DNA of 64,000 nucleotides from a virus (IMGVR_UViG_3300010389_000004:1-64000), one strand, 5' to 3'. Positions 28,101 to 38,150 are shown, counted from the stretch's first letter. Numbers and translations are program-made. Notes: generated by a model not told the origin, from the letters alone.

Positions 28101-31100
28101 TAATCCAATCAAACCCAGCAGCAACGTACTGCCTGATTATAGCGGATATGTGCAACGCCTTTGTCTTCAGCCAGCTAACCACCTTTATGCGGGCGTTGGT
28201 TAGTGCGATCTCGACCTTTGCGTTAAACAACACAACCGCCATGTCAAACCCAAGCTTCACGCTTGTCCACACCCAGCGCCCAAACGCCATAGCTGAGTTC
28301 TTTACAAAAGACCAAACCCCATTGATCAGCGTTCGCAGATCTTTGAAGAAATTATTTCGACCTTCCGCAGCGTCGAAGTACCGGTCACGGATGAACTTGA
28401 CCACCATCTGCGCAGAGGTAGCCACGATCCTCGTAACCAACCGAACGCCGGCAACCAAACGAGTGAGAAGGTTCGGCACCTGTGTTTGGATGTCGTCGAG
28501 CCACCCCTCGGAAGCTTCCATGACTTCTTCAACCACCACCAAACGGATACGCTCAAACGCCTGCTTGATTTGAATGATGGTCTTCTGGATACGCTGTGCA
28601 CGCAGCACGGTCTCGTCAGTAACGAACGGAACCTTAGAGGCTTCGATCATGGCCTCTTTGATATTCACCGTGTCGTCCATCAACACGCCGCGGAGTGACC
28701 CGAACTGCGCACCAATAGTTTGCAGCAAGCGCTCCTGGTATTGCAGTGAGATGTTGCCGGATCGCACCGCTGACACGATCGACATAAAGATGTCAACGGG
28801 GTTCATGGTGTGAATCTGTTGGAGGTCAATGCCTATGCTGGCAAAGATCTCGCTCATCTCTCCAATACCGCCCTCTTGCTGGAGTTGGGTAATTGAGGAC
28901 TTCATCGAGATGAACGCCTGTTGGACTTCCATCCCGTTCGCACCCAACATCTCCATCGTGCGGGTGAGCCTATCGTAGTCCTTCACAGAGATGCCGGAGA
29001 TGTTTGCGTCCCTGCGCAAGTCCCTGATCTTGGCGGTCGCTTGGTCCAAAAAGTTGAACGCGCTTTGCAGAGCACGTTGGCCTTCAGAGATGACGGTACC
29101 AAACAACTCCCCGATCACTTTACCCAACACACCGATGACTTTGACAGGGAGGCCGATGAGTACCTTGGTGATGAGTCCCAAAACGCTAAGAAGCTTGTCC
29201 AGACCCGCGAACAAAAGCCTTACCGGCTCCGCCACCGCGCCGATAATCCTGCCAAAGAACCCAAACGCACTCACCGCTTTGAGAATCCCTTGTGACAGCG
29301 CGTTTGTGGCTGCCAGAAGCCCTTTGACCAGGTAAATCGGCGAAGCGCCCGCAGTGCCCAACACGGAGCCAGCGACGTTCATGGCTTTGGAAAACGCTGC
29401 GCCGCCTTGACGGAACATCGCAGAGAGACCTTCAGCAACTCCTGAAGCTCCCCCACCAAGCATCTGCTTGATGCCTTGGTAGAGTACGCCCGTACCCTTC
29501 TTCATCTGTTCAACCATGACAGGGAAGAAGGTGGACGACTTGATAAGAGCCTCACGGAGAGGACCCATTTTCGGCAGCGAGCTGGGGAAGAAGTTATTAA
29601 AGATGTATTGCAGGACACCAGCGAGATCCCGCATGGTTTTCGCCGTACTCTTCTCCATCTCCTGAATCATGGTCGGAAGCAAAGTTTGACCGGCGTGTTT
29701 GGCTTTCTTGAGGAGATCCTTGTCGTTGAATACCTTGCCGGCAATGTTCTTCAGCATGTCGTCGGTTATGCCCGCCCAAGCCCCCGTGGTTTGAGTACCG
29801 AGGCTGAAAGCGCCGAACTGGTTTGCAATCCTCCCCGGGTTGAACGGAAGACCGGCTTCGGCCATGATCTCGCTGAGAGGTTTTTGGCTACCCCCTCTCT
29901 TAGTGACCATCGCGTTCTGCGCGATGAAGTCTTTCATCCCCTCACTGGTTCTTATGCCCTGCTCAATCCCCTTCCGCACAGCCTGTACGATCGCGCTGAG
30001 CATCTTCGTCTGGTCCGGCAACGCTTTGAACTTTTCGAGGTGTTCCTTACTCGTCAAACCAGCAAGCTCCCCCACGCTGCGAGGGAAACCCCTCATACCC
30101 ATAGAGGCAAACGCTGTAATAAGCCCTGCGGGGCTTTTCTCACCGATCTGCTTGAGGCGTTCGACGGTCTCCTTCTCATTGACGCGAGCCTCATTACCAC
30201 TCATGCGGATAAACAACTTATCCAGCCCAGCGGCCATCTCCATAACGGCTTGAACGAGACTCTTGATGTCTGCGTCGTCAGCGTTGGCGTCCGTCAATAG
30301 CTCCTTCAAAACCTGGAGAACGTCCGAACTGCCGGAGAAGCCTTGGTGTGTTGAGTAAATCTTCTCCAAAGCCCTGTGTTTGGCGGTGTCAGAGCTAACA
30401 TCCGCTTTGAGAGTGCCCTCCGCGAAGTCTTCGTCTTTGGTGATCTTGCCGAGTCGTGCAATCTGCTTGAGGGTGGTGAACGAATTGCCTACCGCCAACC
30501 TACCGTCAGTGCTTTGCTTCGCCTTCTCTGCTTTCGCTGCTTCTTCGGCCTTCTTCACGGAGCCGGAGAAATCGTCAAGCTCCAGCTTGGCGTAGGTTAC
30601 GGACTCACCCATCTTGCGGAGGTGTTGCGCCAAGAAGTCCATCTTGGTATTCACACCCTCTTGCACGTCACGGTTGGCGACGAGTGTTTCGGTAGATAAC
30701 CCGAGCTTGGCGGTAAACTTCTCCAGAGCCGCTACAGTTTTCTGTGCGTCCTCAGCGCTCATCCCGAGCATCTGCTCCAGCAGGTTTTTGGCAGACTCGC
30801 CACCAGCCTTTGCGTTACGAGCCAGCGCCGTGAGTTCTGCTTTCTTGGCTTCAGCCTCAGCGAGCTTCTTGGCAGTCTCGCTATCCGCGAACGCCAAGTC
30901 AGCTTCGCCGGGCATAGCCTTTTGGAGCGCTACGATGAGCGCGTCGATGCGGCTGTCGAAGTTCTGGTTGCTGAGGTTCTGCCCCATGTTGCGGAGCCTG
31001 TCGGAGTGCTCCGTCGGAGACATCTTGGTTCTGTTCTCCTTGATGTCCCTGTAATCATTGAACGCCGCGTAGATCTCTTTATTCAGAGCCTTCGCGTTCT

Positions 31101-34100
31101 CCGAGACCTTCTTCAGTTCTTCGCGGGCAGAGTCACTGAGTCCGTTGTCTACGTCGTCAGCCGCTTTGTCCAAAACCTTGACGAAAGCCATAGCCTTGTC
31201 GGACATGTCGGTGATTACGCGCATGTAATCACCAAGCTCAGCAACCACCTTCGTGGCTTGCTCAAAGTGGTGATCACTGAACTCATTCAAGGTCTTCTCA
31301 GCGTCTGCCAGTGCCCTCTCGTACTTTGAAGCGTTTTGCAGCGAAGCATCCAACTGGTTGTTGGCCAACCACTCTCGCTCCGCACGGGCGATCTCCACCT
31401 TCTTACGTCGATCGAACAGCGCCTTGTCCGCTTCGGCCTGGGTCTTCTCTTGCGCGAGCTGGGCGGCGAGCTGGTCAGACATCTTCTCTTCGGCGTCCAA
31501 GCGGGCGTTGTAGGCATCAGCCGCCCGCTTACTTGCTTCCGGTGCAGCCTTCTGTTGGAAGGCTTTACGTTCTTTTCGCGTGATAGACTCGGGCTTGCCT
31601 TTCTTACGAAGCTTCTTCTCCTCTTCCAGTGCTTGGGTGAGTTCCCCCTCCACTTTTTTGAGTTCCCCAGAGCCAGAGGTCTGCTTTTGCAAAGCCTCTT
31701 CATACTCGTTGTACACGGCGCCCAAGTGTACCTGCGCGGCCTCCAACGCCCTCAACCGTTGGGTGAAGGTCTGGTACTTCTCACGATGGTTGCTGAGAAC
31801 AGCAAACTGCTTGGCGTATTCCCCCGCAAGCTTCTCTGCCCACTCCTTCAACGGGGCAATCTGGGTCTCTTTGACACTGACCTCTTGCCCTTCCTCGCCG
31901 TAGGGGTTGTACTTATTGAAAGCGCCTTTCGTGGTAACACCGCTGAGCTTCGAGTACCGAGTCGGGTCGATTGACTTGAGCAATGAGATGAATTCAGAAA
32001 CCACACTCTTTCGAGTACCAGCACCTTCCTCACCGGTAAACTCTGAGATGGCCTCTGCCGCAGTCTTCAACAGTGAGGCGGACTCTTTCAATCGGAGGTA
32101 GGCTTCTTCACTGGCACCCACATAGTTATCGCCGTCTTGAACATCCATCAGCAACTGGTTCATGCTTTGGATCTCTTTGGAGGTCCTCATCTCCAATCTG
32201 CGGATCGCGTTTTGCTTACCCTCCAGGTCGCCCTTACCTTTGTCAGAAGCTTCGAATTTATTTAGATCTTTGCCGAGCACACGGTAAAACTTCCGAACGA
32301 TCTCCACCTGCTCGTTGGCGAGGGTGACTTGCTCCGCTTCGAGCATCTTGCGACGACGGCGGATTTCACGGATTTCCTGCTGCTTGTTCTTGACGTCCTG
32401 CCTTCTCGCGTCGTCATCCTTCTTAGCCTTCTCAGCACGACTGGCCTTCTCTGCCTCAACCTGCTCTTTGGTCATCTGCTTGAGAATTCGACGCTCATCC
32501 CTCTTCTTCTCCTTGGAGAGATTCTTAGCGGACTCCGCCAGTTTCTCATGGTGCTCCTTCAGGGCACGCTCTGCGGTCTCCAACTCGTGCTTCTTCAGCT
32601 CCTCTTCTTTCTTGTACTTCTGGCGGAGAAGGGCTCGCTCTTCCTGGAATTTCTTGATGCGACGCGCTTTATCAACCTCCGCTTCCGAAGGCCCGCCACC
32701 CGCACCCCCCGTGAGGAACTTTTGAATAGCTGAGACCGCTCGGGTAACACCACCAAAACCAGAGCGCAGTTTTTGAACTTGCTCATCAAGCTTCTCAAAC
32801 GCCCCACCTAACGGAGTGAGCGTACTGTCCTGCATCTTCTTGATAACCGCCGTGTATTTGTCCACACGAGCAGAGGCGAGCTTCAGAGCAACATTCAGCT
32901 TGTCCAGCGCGTCATTGCCGGCTTTTGAAGCTTCGAGCTGTTCCTTCTCCGCCTTTTCACGCTCTTCGGCGTTCTTGCCTTGGGCTTTCCCAAAACCTCC
33001 GGGAGAAAGGAACCGGAACCCTTTTCGGACCTTATCCAGAATGAAATCGGATACAGCTTTGGCACCGCCCGCCGCTTTCTCGCCGGTACTGTCGATGCTC
33101 TCTCCGTCATACCCTTTGAGGGATTTTCCTTTTTCCTTCGACCAACGACCCAAGCGGCCGGGGAGCAATGCACCACCTACCTGCGCGAGCCCCTTCGCCA
33201 GACCCTTGGTGCTCTCACGGACACTACCAAAAATCTTGCCCACCTTATTGGCGAGCCCTTGCCCGAGCTTGCCCAGAATCATCAGGGAAGTCTCAGTGAC
33301 TGCCGAGAGGGGTGCGAGAGCGCCGCGGTAGAAGAACTTCACCATCCCGCCCAACGTTTGGAAATACCCACGCACGGCGGTCTTCATCAGGTTGATGGAC
33401 GCTTTTGCACTGAAGGGTGAAACCAGGATTGCTCCAACGGTGTTCATCACCGATCGGATAGGCCCAACCACAAACCCTTGCATAGCATCGTCGAGGAGCA
33501 TTCCGAATTCTCGGAAAGAGGTGAGTACGTTTTTGAACTTATCAACGAACTCAGAACCGGCGAGCTTCGCTACCCCGTCCATGAACTTGGCAGTGTATTT
33601 TCGGATGCGTCGTGCTGCGCCGAGGTAGACGTTCTCAAACAGACTGGCAAACACATCCACCATGTCGGTGAGTTTGGCGTTTGCTTGGCGCTTGAGCCTT
33701 GTCGCCAACCAAGCGAAGAAGGCAACCTCTTTCTTCAAAGCCTTCCACCGCATCTGCATCTGTTCGTAGATGCCGGCAGCCAAACCAGTTGCGAGGTTCC
33801 TTGCACCTTTGATGACAAACGGTGCGGCGACGACACCAGCAATACCGATCGCCGAAGCCCCGCCCGTCCCAAAGATAGACGCCAGCAGCCCGCCATTAGC
33901 AAACGAGTTGCCGGCTGCCAACCCACCGGAGAACGCGGCCGCGATCGCAGACACCGCTCCCGTAATCCCACTGGTGATGGTTCCGTCGATAATGGAACGG
34001 AAGATCATGACGATGGGTGAGTTGTATATGACGGCACCCATCATGTCGAACCCAGACACCACAAACCCAGGCATTGTGGTCAAGAAGAAGGTCTTGATAG

Positions 34101-35682
34101 CACCCACCGCGGCAGCCGGTGCTTGTCCCGAAAACAACAGCGCTCCAAGAACACCGCCCGTGATAGGTGCGGCGGGGCCGATAACCATCGACATGGTTTT
34201 GTAGATGGTCTCAGCGATCGAGCCCATCGACTTCTTGAACTCTCCTGATGACTCCTGCAACCGCTTAGCCGGCTGCGTCGTCAGGGACATGATGGACTTC
34301 ATGCGGGCGTTGACTGTGCGCTTCTCTTCCTCGTAGCGCTCCCGCGTCGTTTTCACATTCTCTTCTTCAGTTTCACGCTGCTCTCTCAGCACAGCCGCCA
34401 TTTTGGTGCCGCTGCTGATATTCTTCTGCGTGCCGCGGTCAACCAGCTTGAGGTTGCTAGCCATCTCAACCAGGCCAGCCACGAGCGATTTGAGTATGCC
34501 CTCCAGTTTGACACCCAGGGCGAAGATACCCTGCACCGACTTGTCGAGGTTCTCCAACGAGGTCATGGCGGATTTCAGGCGAGCGCCCATACCCGCCGAG
34601 CCGCGAATCATCTTGGCGATCTCTTTGCCTCTTGTAGCGAGGGCTTCGAGAATCGGCCACATCTGACGCAGAGACTGGAGGAAGAGCATCGTAGCCGCAC
34701 GGCCGTCGCCAGCTTGCGCACGGATACGCACGATCGACCTGCGGAGCACGGTGAACAGCGCCTGAATCCCGATGAGACCAGTCGAGATAAACGACAACAT
34801 CGGGAACACGAGGCTCCCCAACCCTGTGATAGAGCCGGTCAGTAAGCCTACCCCCGAAACCACCGTCGAGAGGATTGACGCAGCGTAGTAGAGCTTGGAG
34901 ATCACAACGTCAGACGTCAAGTTGATCTGCACAAGACCTTTGTTGATGGCCATTACCAGATCTCGAATCTGGCTGACCAGACCTCCGATATTACGCTTGA
35001 ACACAAGCCCGATAATCCCACCAAGGGAGAAGCGCATAGCCCCGAAGATACCGGAGGCTAGTGTGAGCCCCCCGAGCATTGATGTCAGCCCGTTGGAGAG
35101 CTTGTTCATCATCTCTACGGTGCCGCTCACCTTGTCGGTGATCCCGACGATGTTCTTCCACAAGGCTAAGGTGCCGCCTAGCAGACCCCCGCCGAGGGCT
35201 TTCATAATACCCCCTATGGAGTATTGAATTTCCTCGGTGTGTTCGGAGATATGCCGCACCGTCTCCTGGATGATAAACCCGAGCCCGAGGATCTTACCCA
35301 AGGACGCCGGAGTAAATCGGTCGAGGAAGTCCCCGACCTTCCCGAAGACACGTTCCATACGGCTTTCGGTCTGCGCTGCGCCATTCTCAAGGTCACGAGC
35401 CAACCCTTGCTGGAACTGCTTGCGGACGTTCCCCATCCGCGCATCCAAACTGTCAAAGATGGTTTCAATTACGAAACCTGCTTTTTTGAATTGGGTGGTG
35501 ATCTCAGAGATATTGGCGGTCATTGACCGAATCGAGCGGTCAAGGCCGTCATCAAGCTCTACTTTGATGACGGCCTTTTTTGAGGCGAAGGCGGTGAGTT
35601 GTTTGCTGAGGGAGTCGAGCTTTTCGAACACGTTGCCCATGTTCGTCACAAAGTCGATCTGAACCTGTCCAACTGAACTCAT
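25192..35682 (-). CDS. Tail tape measure protein (about 3,496 aa)
   Basis: Follows the frameshifted chaperones; helical with Ala/Gly-rich hydrophobic segments; PSSLPKMGPL motif; AGGAG SD before ATG 35682. Confidence 0.9.
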   Translation of the reverse strand: MSSVGQVQIDFVTNMGNVFEKLDSLSKQLTAFASKKAVIKVELDDGLDRSIRSMTANISEITTQFKKAGFVIETIFDSLDARMGNVRKQFQQGLARDLENGAAQTESRMERVFGKVGDFLDRFTPASLGKILGLGFIIQETVRHISEHTEEIQYSIGGIMKALGGGLLGGTLALWKNIVGITDKVSGTVEMMNKLSNGLTSMLGGLTLASGIFGAMRFSLGGIIGLVFKRNIGGLVSQIRDLVMAINKGLVQINLTSDVVISKLYYAASILSTVVSGVGLLTGSITGLGSLVFPMLSFISTGLIGIQALFTVLRRSIVRIRAQAGDGRAATMLFLQSLRQMWPILEALATRGKEIAKMIRGSAGMGARLKSAMTSLENLDKSVQGIFALGVKLEGILKSLVAGLVEMASNLKLVDRGTQKNISSGTKMAAVLREQRETEEENVKTTRERYEEEKRTVNARMKSIMSLTTQPAKRLQESSGEFKKSMGSIAETIYKTMSMVIGPAAPITGGVLGALLFSGQAPAAAVGAIKTFFLTTMPGFVVSGFDMMGAVIYNSPIVMIFRSIIDGTITSGITGAVSAIAAAFSGGLAAGNSFANGGLLASIFGTGGASAIGIAGVVAAPFVIKGARNLATGLAAGIYEQMQMRWKALKKEVAFFAWLATRLKRQANAKLTDMVDVFASLFENVYLGAARRIRKYTAKFMDGVAKLAGSEFVDKFKNVLTSFREFGMLLDDAMQGFVVGPIRSVMNTVGAILVSPFSAKASINLMKTAVRGYFQTLGGMVKFFYRGALAPLSAVTETSLMILGKLGQGLANKVGKIFGSVRESTKGLAKGLAQVGGALLPGRLGRWSKEKGKSLKGYDGESIDSTGEKAAGGAKAVSDFILDKVRKGFRFLSPGGFGKAQGKNAEEREKAEKEQLEASKAGNDALDKLNVALKLASARVDKYTAVIKKMQDSTLTPLGGAFEKLDEQVQKLRSGFGGVTRAVSAIQKFLTGGAGGGPSEAEVDKARRIKKFQEERALLRQKYKKEEELKKHELETAERALKEHHEKLAESAKNLSKEKKRDERRILKQMTKEQVEAEKASRAEKAKKDDDARRQDVKNKQQEIREIRRRRKMLEAEQVTLANEQVEIVRKFYRVLGKDLNKFEASDKGKGDLEGKQNAIRRLEMRTSKEIQSMNQLLMDVQDGDNYVGASEEAYLRLKESASLLKTAAEAISEFTGEEGAGTRKSVVSEFISLLKSIDPTRYSKLSGVTTKGAFNKYNPYGEEGQEVSVKETQIAPLKEWAEKLAGEYAKQFAVLSNHREKYQTFTQRLRALEAAQVHLGAVYNEYEEALQKQTSGSGELKKVEGELTQALEEEKKLRKKGKPESITRKERKAFQQKAAPEASKRAADAYNARLDAEEKMSDQLAAQLAQEKTQAEADKALFDRRKKVEIARAEREWLANNQLDASLQNASKYERALADAEKTLNEFSDHHFEQATKVVAELGDYMRVITDMSDKAMAFVKVLDKAADDVDNGLSDSAREELKKVSENAKALNKEIYAAFNDYRDIKENRTKMSPTEHSDRLRNMGQNLSNQNFDSRIDALIVALQKAMPGEADLAFADSETAKKLAEAEAKKAELTALARNAKAGGESAKNLLEQMLGMSAEDAQKTVAALEKFTAKLGLSTETLVANRDVQEGVNTKMDFLAQHLRKMGESVTYAKLELDDFSGSVKKAEEAAKAEKAKQSTDGRLAVGNSFTTLKQIARLGKITKDEDFAEGTLKADVSSDTAKHRALEKIYSTHQGFSGSSDVLQVLKELLTDANADDADIKSLVQAVMEMAAGLDKLFIRMSGNEARVNEKETVERLKQIGEKSPAGLITAFASMGMRGFPRSVGELAGLTSKEHLEKFKALPDQTKMLSAIVQAVRKGIEQGIRTSEGMKDFIAQNAMVTKRGGSQKPLSEIMAEAGLPFNPGRIANQFGAFSLGTQTTGAWAGITDDMLKNIAGKVFNDKDLLKKAKHAGQTLLPTMIQEMEKSTAKTMRDLAGVLQYIFNNFFPSSLPKMGPLREALIKSSTFFPVMVEQMKKGTGVLYQGIKQMLGGGASGVAEGLSAMFRQGGAAFSKAMNVAGSVLGTAGASPIYLVKGLLAATNALSQGILKAVSAFGFFGRIIGAVAEPVRLLFAGLDKLLSVLGLITKVLIGLPVKVIGVLGKVIGELFGTVISEGQRALQSAFNFLDQATAKIRDLRRDANISGISVKDYDRLTRTMEMLGANGMEVQQAFISMKSSITQLQQEGGIGEMSEIFASIGIDLQQIHTMNPVDIFMSIVSAVRSGNISLQYQERLLQTIGAQFGSLRGVLMDDTVNIKEAMIEASKVPFVTDETVLRAQRIQKTIIQIKQAFERIRLVVVEEVMEASEGWLDDIQTQVPNLLTRLVAGVRLVTRIVATSAQMVVKFIRDRYFDAAEGRNNFFKDLRTLINGVWSFVKNSAMAFGRWVWTSVKLGFDMAVVLFNAKVEIALTNARIKVVSWLKTKALHISAIIRQYVAAGFDWIKEKMNPTSEGRSYSHYFEIRRKEAQKDLEALYEVQSEVEDRNMREARERILKSRAAKYMSSEGVTDEDLLSKLRDANIDPDKFKQEVVQLFSEGVLQKSRDFSDELRSDSKLPIENIVRLEKRSFEEARAKVQALQANLDENLKYVLDASASGELEAKAEAVRASIAQLEQELSDLKSGPLAEYDELRGEFGADWDRTDKTLREKIKQLQEDVELSALMQEKYGVAPTLDDTFAKIDLAKAERQLEEKASRDEYIEGMLKVTSFDANQLFRRSDILTKKIEEEKAKLDLVTSDLSEMIKAMFLAAAGTGYFDDADLGERREMQALAERFAESNQQLARDIEDSWDQSLTIMRDEAPEVSSLLDDLGANAKEIWSEYGDLIKRASDETSAFSDSLEDANRRAKEQAKNSQSLALRIFNISMKGKEARSVLAGIVDEYDRISAVERSTRSEREDLLQKLFKDPEEASRTKDRIGVVRDAGTSTVIITMLEMLAAERQRWQEMAQTALVEDDMASAKSRTAQLNRVTKLMNSIFVNVLGERGVGLELTDVLTDKSIRVYERVLENTKKHFAARKEVGADVLTAIGISANEVGTPASVLQAALGGALEKLDQYRGTSYYKEVITLMAKQAGMLDAEVESYTNIEKLRERAIMHARREAAIKAAEAKTQREVEKFKRKGIFEQQRESLGLGPKDLAMFKFDSRESKEFVYEQSQMLSNLMAEVQDQAAEAAKAGESIDARALFVDAANKAGFEVPVGDLNFDNMSPEEFDRIRAALEKRIQEMGNKINVAPVVDSYIVKSVGSALQDTLSGMIDGSLVEGMHEARKEAHAAGVRFNAWMHYAAGIGKKIFTDVSNQLTQEFTASLQTRLKDSLTSAFGETMSTLSVGIMALGSFLLSRLQSSASAVHESVDSAIESTEEIRGVISGSTTVAIKEVAETLHQANRPIVERADIIIDILRRHTGSGLGVAPATARP

Positions 35683-35696
35683 GCTGTTGACTCCTG

Positions 35697-36377
35697 TCAG
35701 GAGGACACCAGGCCCTCCCAATTCTTCTCAATTCGCGCAATCTCCTGCTCAGATAGCTCGGTTGCGCTACGTTCCGCTTCTTCCCAGGTCTTCCCGCTGA
35801 CATCCCCGACAGACCAGGGCGAGTCAATCTTCCGACCCGTGAACTTCGCCATCGCTGCATCCAATTTACGCGCCATCTGCAACACCTTGACCTGCTTAGC
35901 CCGCAGCTTGTCTTCCTCAGCCTGCTGCTTGCGCTCAACGGGACTGGGGTTTTTGCTGGAGAAGAGAAATTCCAGCTCCCGGTCCATGTCGCTGATGCTG
36001 TTGTCCAACGATTCGTTGAACTCCTTGGCGTGTTTGGCGGCCTCTTTGCTTAGAAGTCCTGCCAACGACAAAGAGAGAGCGCCTTGTAGTCGACGTCCCT
36101 CTTCCAGTTTGGATTTTATGCAGAGCATGATGTGAGCTTTGAACTGCCCGAGGGTCATGCTCTCCCGCATTTCTGCTAGTCCGAAACCGTTTCGGACTAG
36201 CAGGTTCTCTCCCGTCAGAACGCTTAGCTCTGATCCGAATCCGTCTTCTTCTTCGCCTTCTTCGGAACTTCCTTGCCCTTCTCCGCGTCCATCGGCTCGT
36301 TCGTCGGCAGCGCCTCCTCGTCCGTCGTCTCCTCGCTCTTCTTCTTCTTCGGAAGCGCCTGAGCGAAAAGTTTTCCC
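35697..36377 (-). CDS. Tail assembly chaperone, -1 frameshift extension (gpGT-like)
   Basis: The -1 frame is open from the slip site through ...ENLLVRNGFGLAEMRESMTLGQF to the stop at 35697. Confidence 0.82.
   Translation of the reverse strand, partial: GKTFRSGASEEEEERGDDGRGGAADERADGRGEGQGSSEEGEEEDGFGSELSVLTGENLLVRNGFGLAEMRESMTLGQFKAHIMLCIKSKLEEGRRLQGALSLSLAGLLSKEAAKHAKEFNESLDNSISDMDRELEFLFSSKNPSPVERKQQAEEDKLRAKQVKVLQMARKLDAAMAKFTGRKIDSPWSVGDVSGKTWEEAERSATELSEQEIARIEKNWEGLVSS
36173..36203. other. Perfect 14-bp hairpin directly upstream of ATG 36170
   Basis: ctgctagtccgaaa-ccg-tttcggactagcag. Confidence 0.85.
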
Positions 36378-36847
36378 AGGCTGCCAGACCCCTTGAAGTT
36401 GACTTCGTAGACAGCCTTGGCGAGTCCCACAACGTCGTCGATCAAGAGATCGGAACTGTCCGAAGTAAACGCCTTCTCATCGAGCACAACGTACTCGCCA
36501 GCGTCAGTCACCGTGGCCAGAACCAGCGCTCGCGTGAACGCAGATTCTTCCTCGCTGATGAGATCCAGAACGACTTCCGCGAGGTTGATCGGGTCAAGAC
36601 CCTCAGACCCCTCGCTGAACTGCTGGAGGACGCCCTGCTCCTTCAGGCGCCCAAGGATCTTCTTGAGATCCTTCGCCACGTTCATGGCAGTACGATAAGT
36701 GTACTCCTGCACCATGACCGAGCGATCGCCGGAAAGTTTGACGACCTGGTTGTTTGCTCCTGCAATCTTGCGCATGAATTTGCTCCCTACGACCTTCAGA
36801 TAAAAGTGCGCCCTGCTCAGGGCCACCAGAAGTGAAACCCAAACCAT
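36224..36847 (-). CDS. Tail assembly chaperone (gpG-like)
   Basis: Between tail tube and tape measure; start 36847 (GAGGAG SD) or 36775 (GGGAG SD). Confidence 0.82.
   Translation of the reverse strand: MVWVSLLVALSRAHFYLKVVGSKFMRKIAGANNQVVKLSGDRSVMVQEYTYRTAMNVAKDLKKILGRLKEQGVLQQFSEGSEGLDPINLAEVVLDLISEEESAFTRALVLATVTDAGEYVVLDEKAFTSDSSDLLIDDVVGLAKAVYEVNFKGSGSLGKLFAQALPKKKKSEETTDEEALPTNEPMDAEKGKEVPKKAKKKTDSDQS
36371..36377 (-). promoter_or_regulatory. Programmed -1 frameshift heptamer G GGA AAA
   Basis: X XXY YYZ phase at L-G-K codons; same type as lambda G/T GGGAAAG. Confidence 0.85.
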
Positions 36848-36878
36848 AGAGTTCTCCTCACAGGGCTGCGCTTATACT

Positions 36879-36911
36879 AGAAAAGGCTCCCCAATCTGGG
36901 GAGCCTTTTCT
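36879..36911 (-). terminator. Terminator after the major tail gene
   Basis: agaaaaggctcccca-atc-tggggagccttttct inverted repeat. Confidence 0.75.
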
Positions 36912-36935
36912 CATTACCGACTTCTAGTCCAAAGA

Positions 36936-38150
36936 CTAGATGCAGGCGCCTTGCGGATCCACAAAGGTACCGAAGTGACGCTTGAGCAGGTGGAACGTGC
37001 CCCGTCGACCAAGGCCGTCGGTGAGGATCTTGAAGGTCATCGCGGCCTTCGCAAACGAGGTAGGATCAGCGGTCAGAGCACCGTTGATACCCGCGGAGGT
37101 GCGGTAGAACTGGTACGCGCACTGCGGGCCAGAAACACTGAGGATCTGGATTTGCAGAGCACCCTCGATCGTCGAACCGTCTTGCAGCGAGTACGAGCAG
37201 GCTTCCCGCTCGAAGCTGTAGTCAATTCGCACCGTCGAACCACTCGGGATCGCACCACCGGCGACGCGAGTGATGGTGGTTTGGGTAGTAGCCACCGCAC
37301 CACTAAAGGTGTGAGAGGCACTCGCTGCCATGTCAGCAATCAGCTCAGTGCCGGTAACAGCCAGCGGTGCAGGATTGACACCATCGCGGGTGCGGTAGGA
37401 GATGTCCAGATCAGCACCGGTCGATTCCGCGAAGAACGGGGAGTTCAGCTCGTTGATCGCAGCGGCGATCGACGCGGCAAGGTTCGTGGCGTTCGTGGCA
37501 GTGGCGCCGTCGTCGAACTCCGTACCGCAGGTCAACGTGTAGATCGTACCGTTCGGGTGAGTCAAGACAAGCGTCTGACCCGCCGTACAGGTAGCGCCCG
37601 CCACAGTGATTTGGGTGACGGCCGAACTCGTGCCCTCGTTCGCAGCAGTGACCGTGTAGTCCGTGGTGAGGTTGTATTCCACGTCACCCGTTTCGTTTGT
37701 GACGCGGAGGACAGTTGCGCCACGATAGATGATCACACCGTCGAAGATACCCTCACGGGCTTGACTCGCAAAGTTCGTCGCCGTGGTGCCGGTGAGCGTG
37801 ACGGTTGCGCCCTCATAGAGGACAACCATGTTGCTGTTACCAGCGGTACGGTTGGTGATGGTTTGCGAGCGGAACAGAAGCTCCAGGTTACGACGAACGA
37901 TCTCAGTGAGACCAAGGCCGATTTCACCATTCAGCTTCGTCACCACACGGTGGACGGCGGACTGAATACCCTCGCGGGCAGAGTCCTTCTCCAAGTAGTC
38001 TTCACTGAGGTCGATCGAGAGGTCTTCGATATCACCCAGCTCAAACGGGTTCGTAGCGCCGTCGGGCGTGAACCAAGCGGAAATCCGCGAAGGCAACATG
38101 TAGTTGGTCTTCGAGTGCGGAGAATTCACAGTTTTGGATTGTGCAGGCAT
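36936..38150 (-). CDS. Major tail (tube) protein with inserted Thr-rich Ig-like domains
   Basis: FELGDIEDLSIDL N-terminus, position, downstream terminator. Confidence 0.8.
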   Translation of the reverse strand: MPAQSKTVNSPHSKTNYMLPSRISAWFTPDGATNPFELGDIEDLSIDLSEDYLEKDSAREGIQSAVHRVVTKLNGEIGLGLTEIVRRNLELLFRSQTITNRTAGNSNMVVLYEGATVTLTGTTATNFASQAREGIFDGVIIYRGATVLRVTNETGDVEYNLTTDYTVTAANEGTSSAVTQITVAGATCTAGQTLVLTHPNGTIYTLTCGTEFDDGATATNATNLAASIAAAINELNSPFFAESTGADLDISYRTRDGVNPAPLAVTGTELIADMAASASHTFSGAVATTQTTITRVAGGAIPSGSTVRIDYSFEREACSYSLQDGSTIEGALQIQILSVSGPQCAYQFYRTSAGINGALTADPTSFAKAAMTFKILTDGLGRRGTFHLLKRHFGTFVDPQGACI

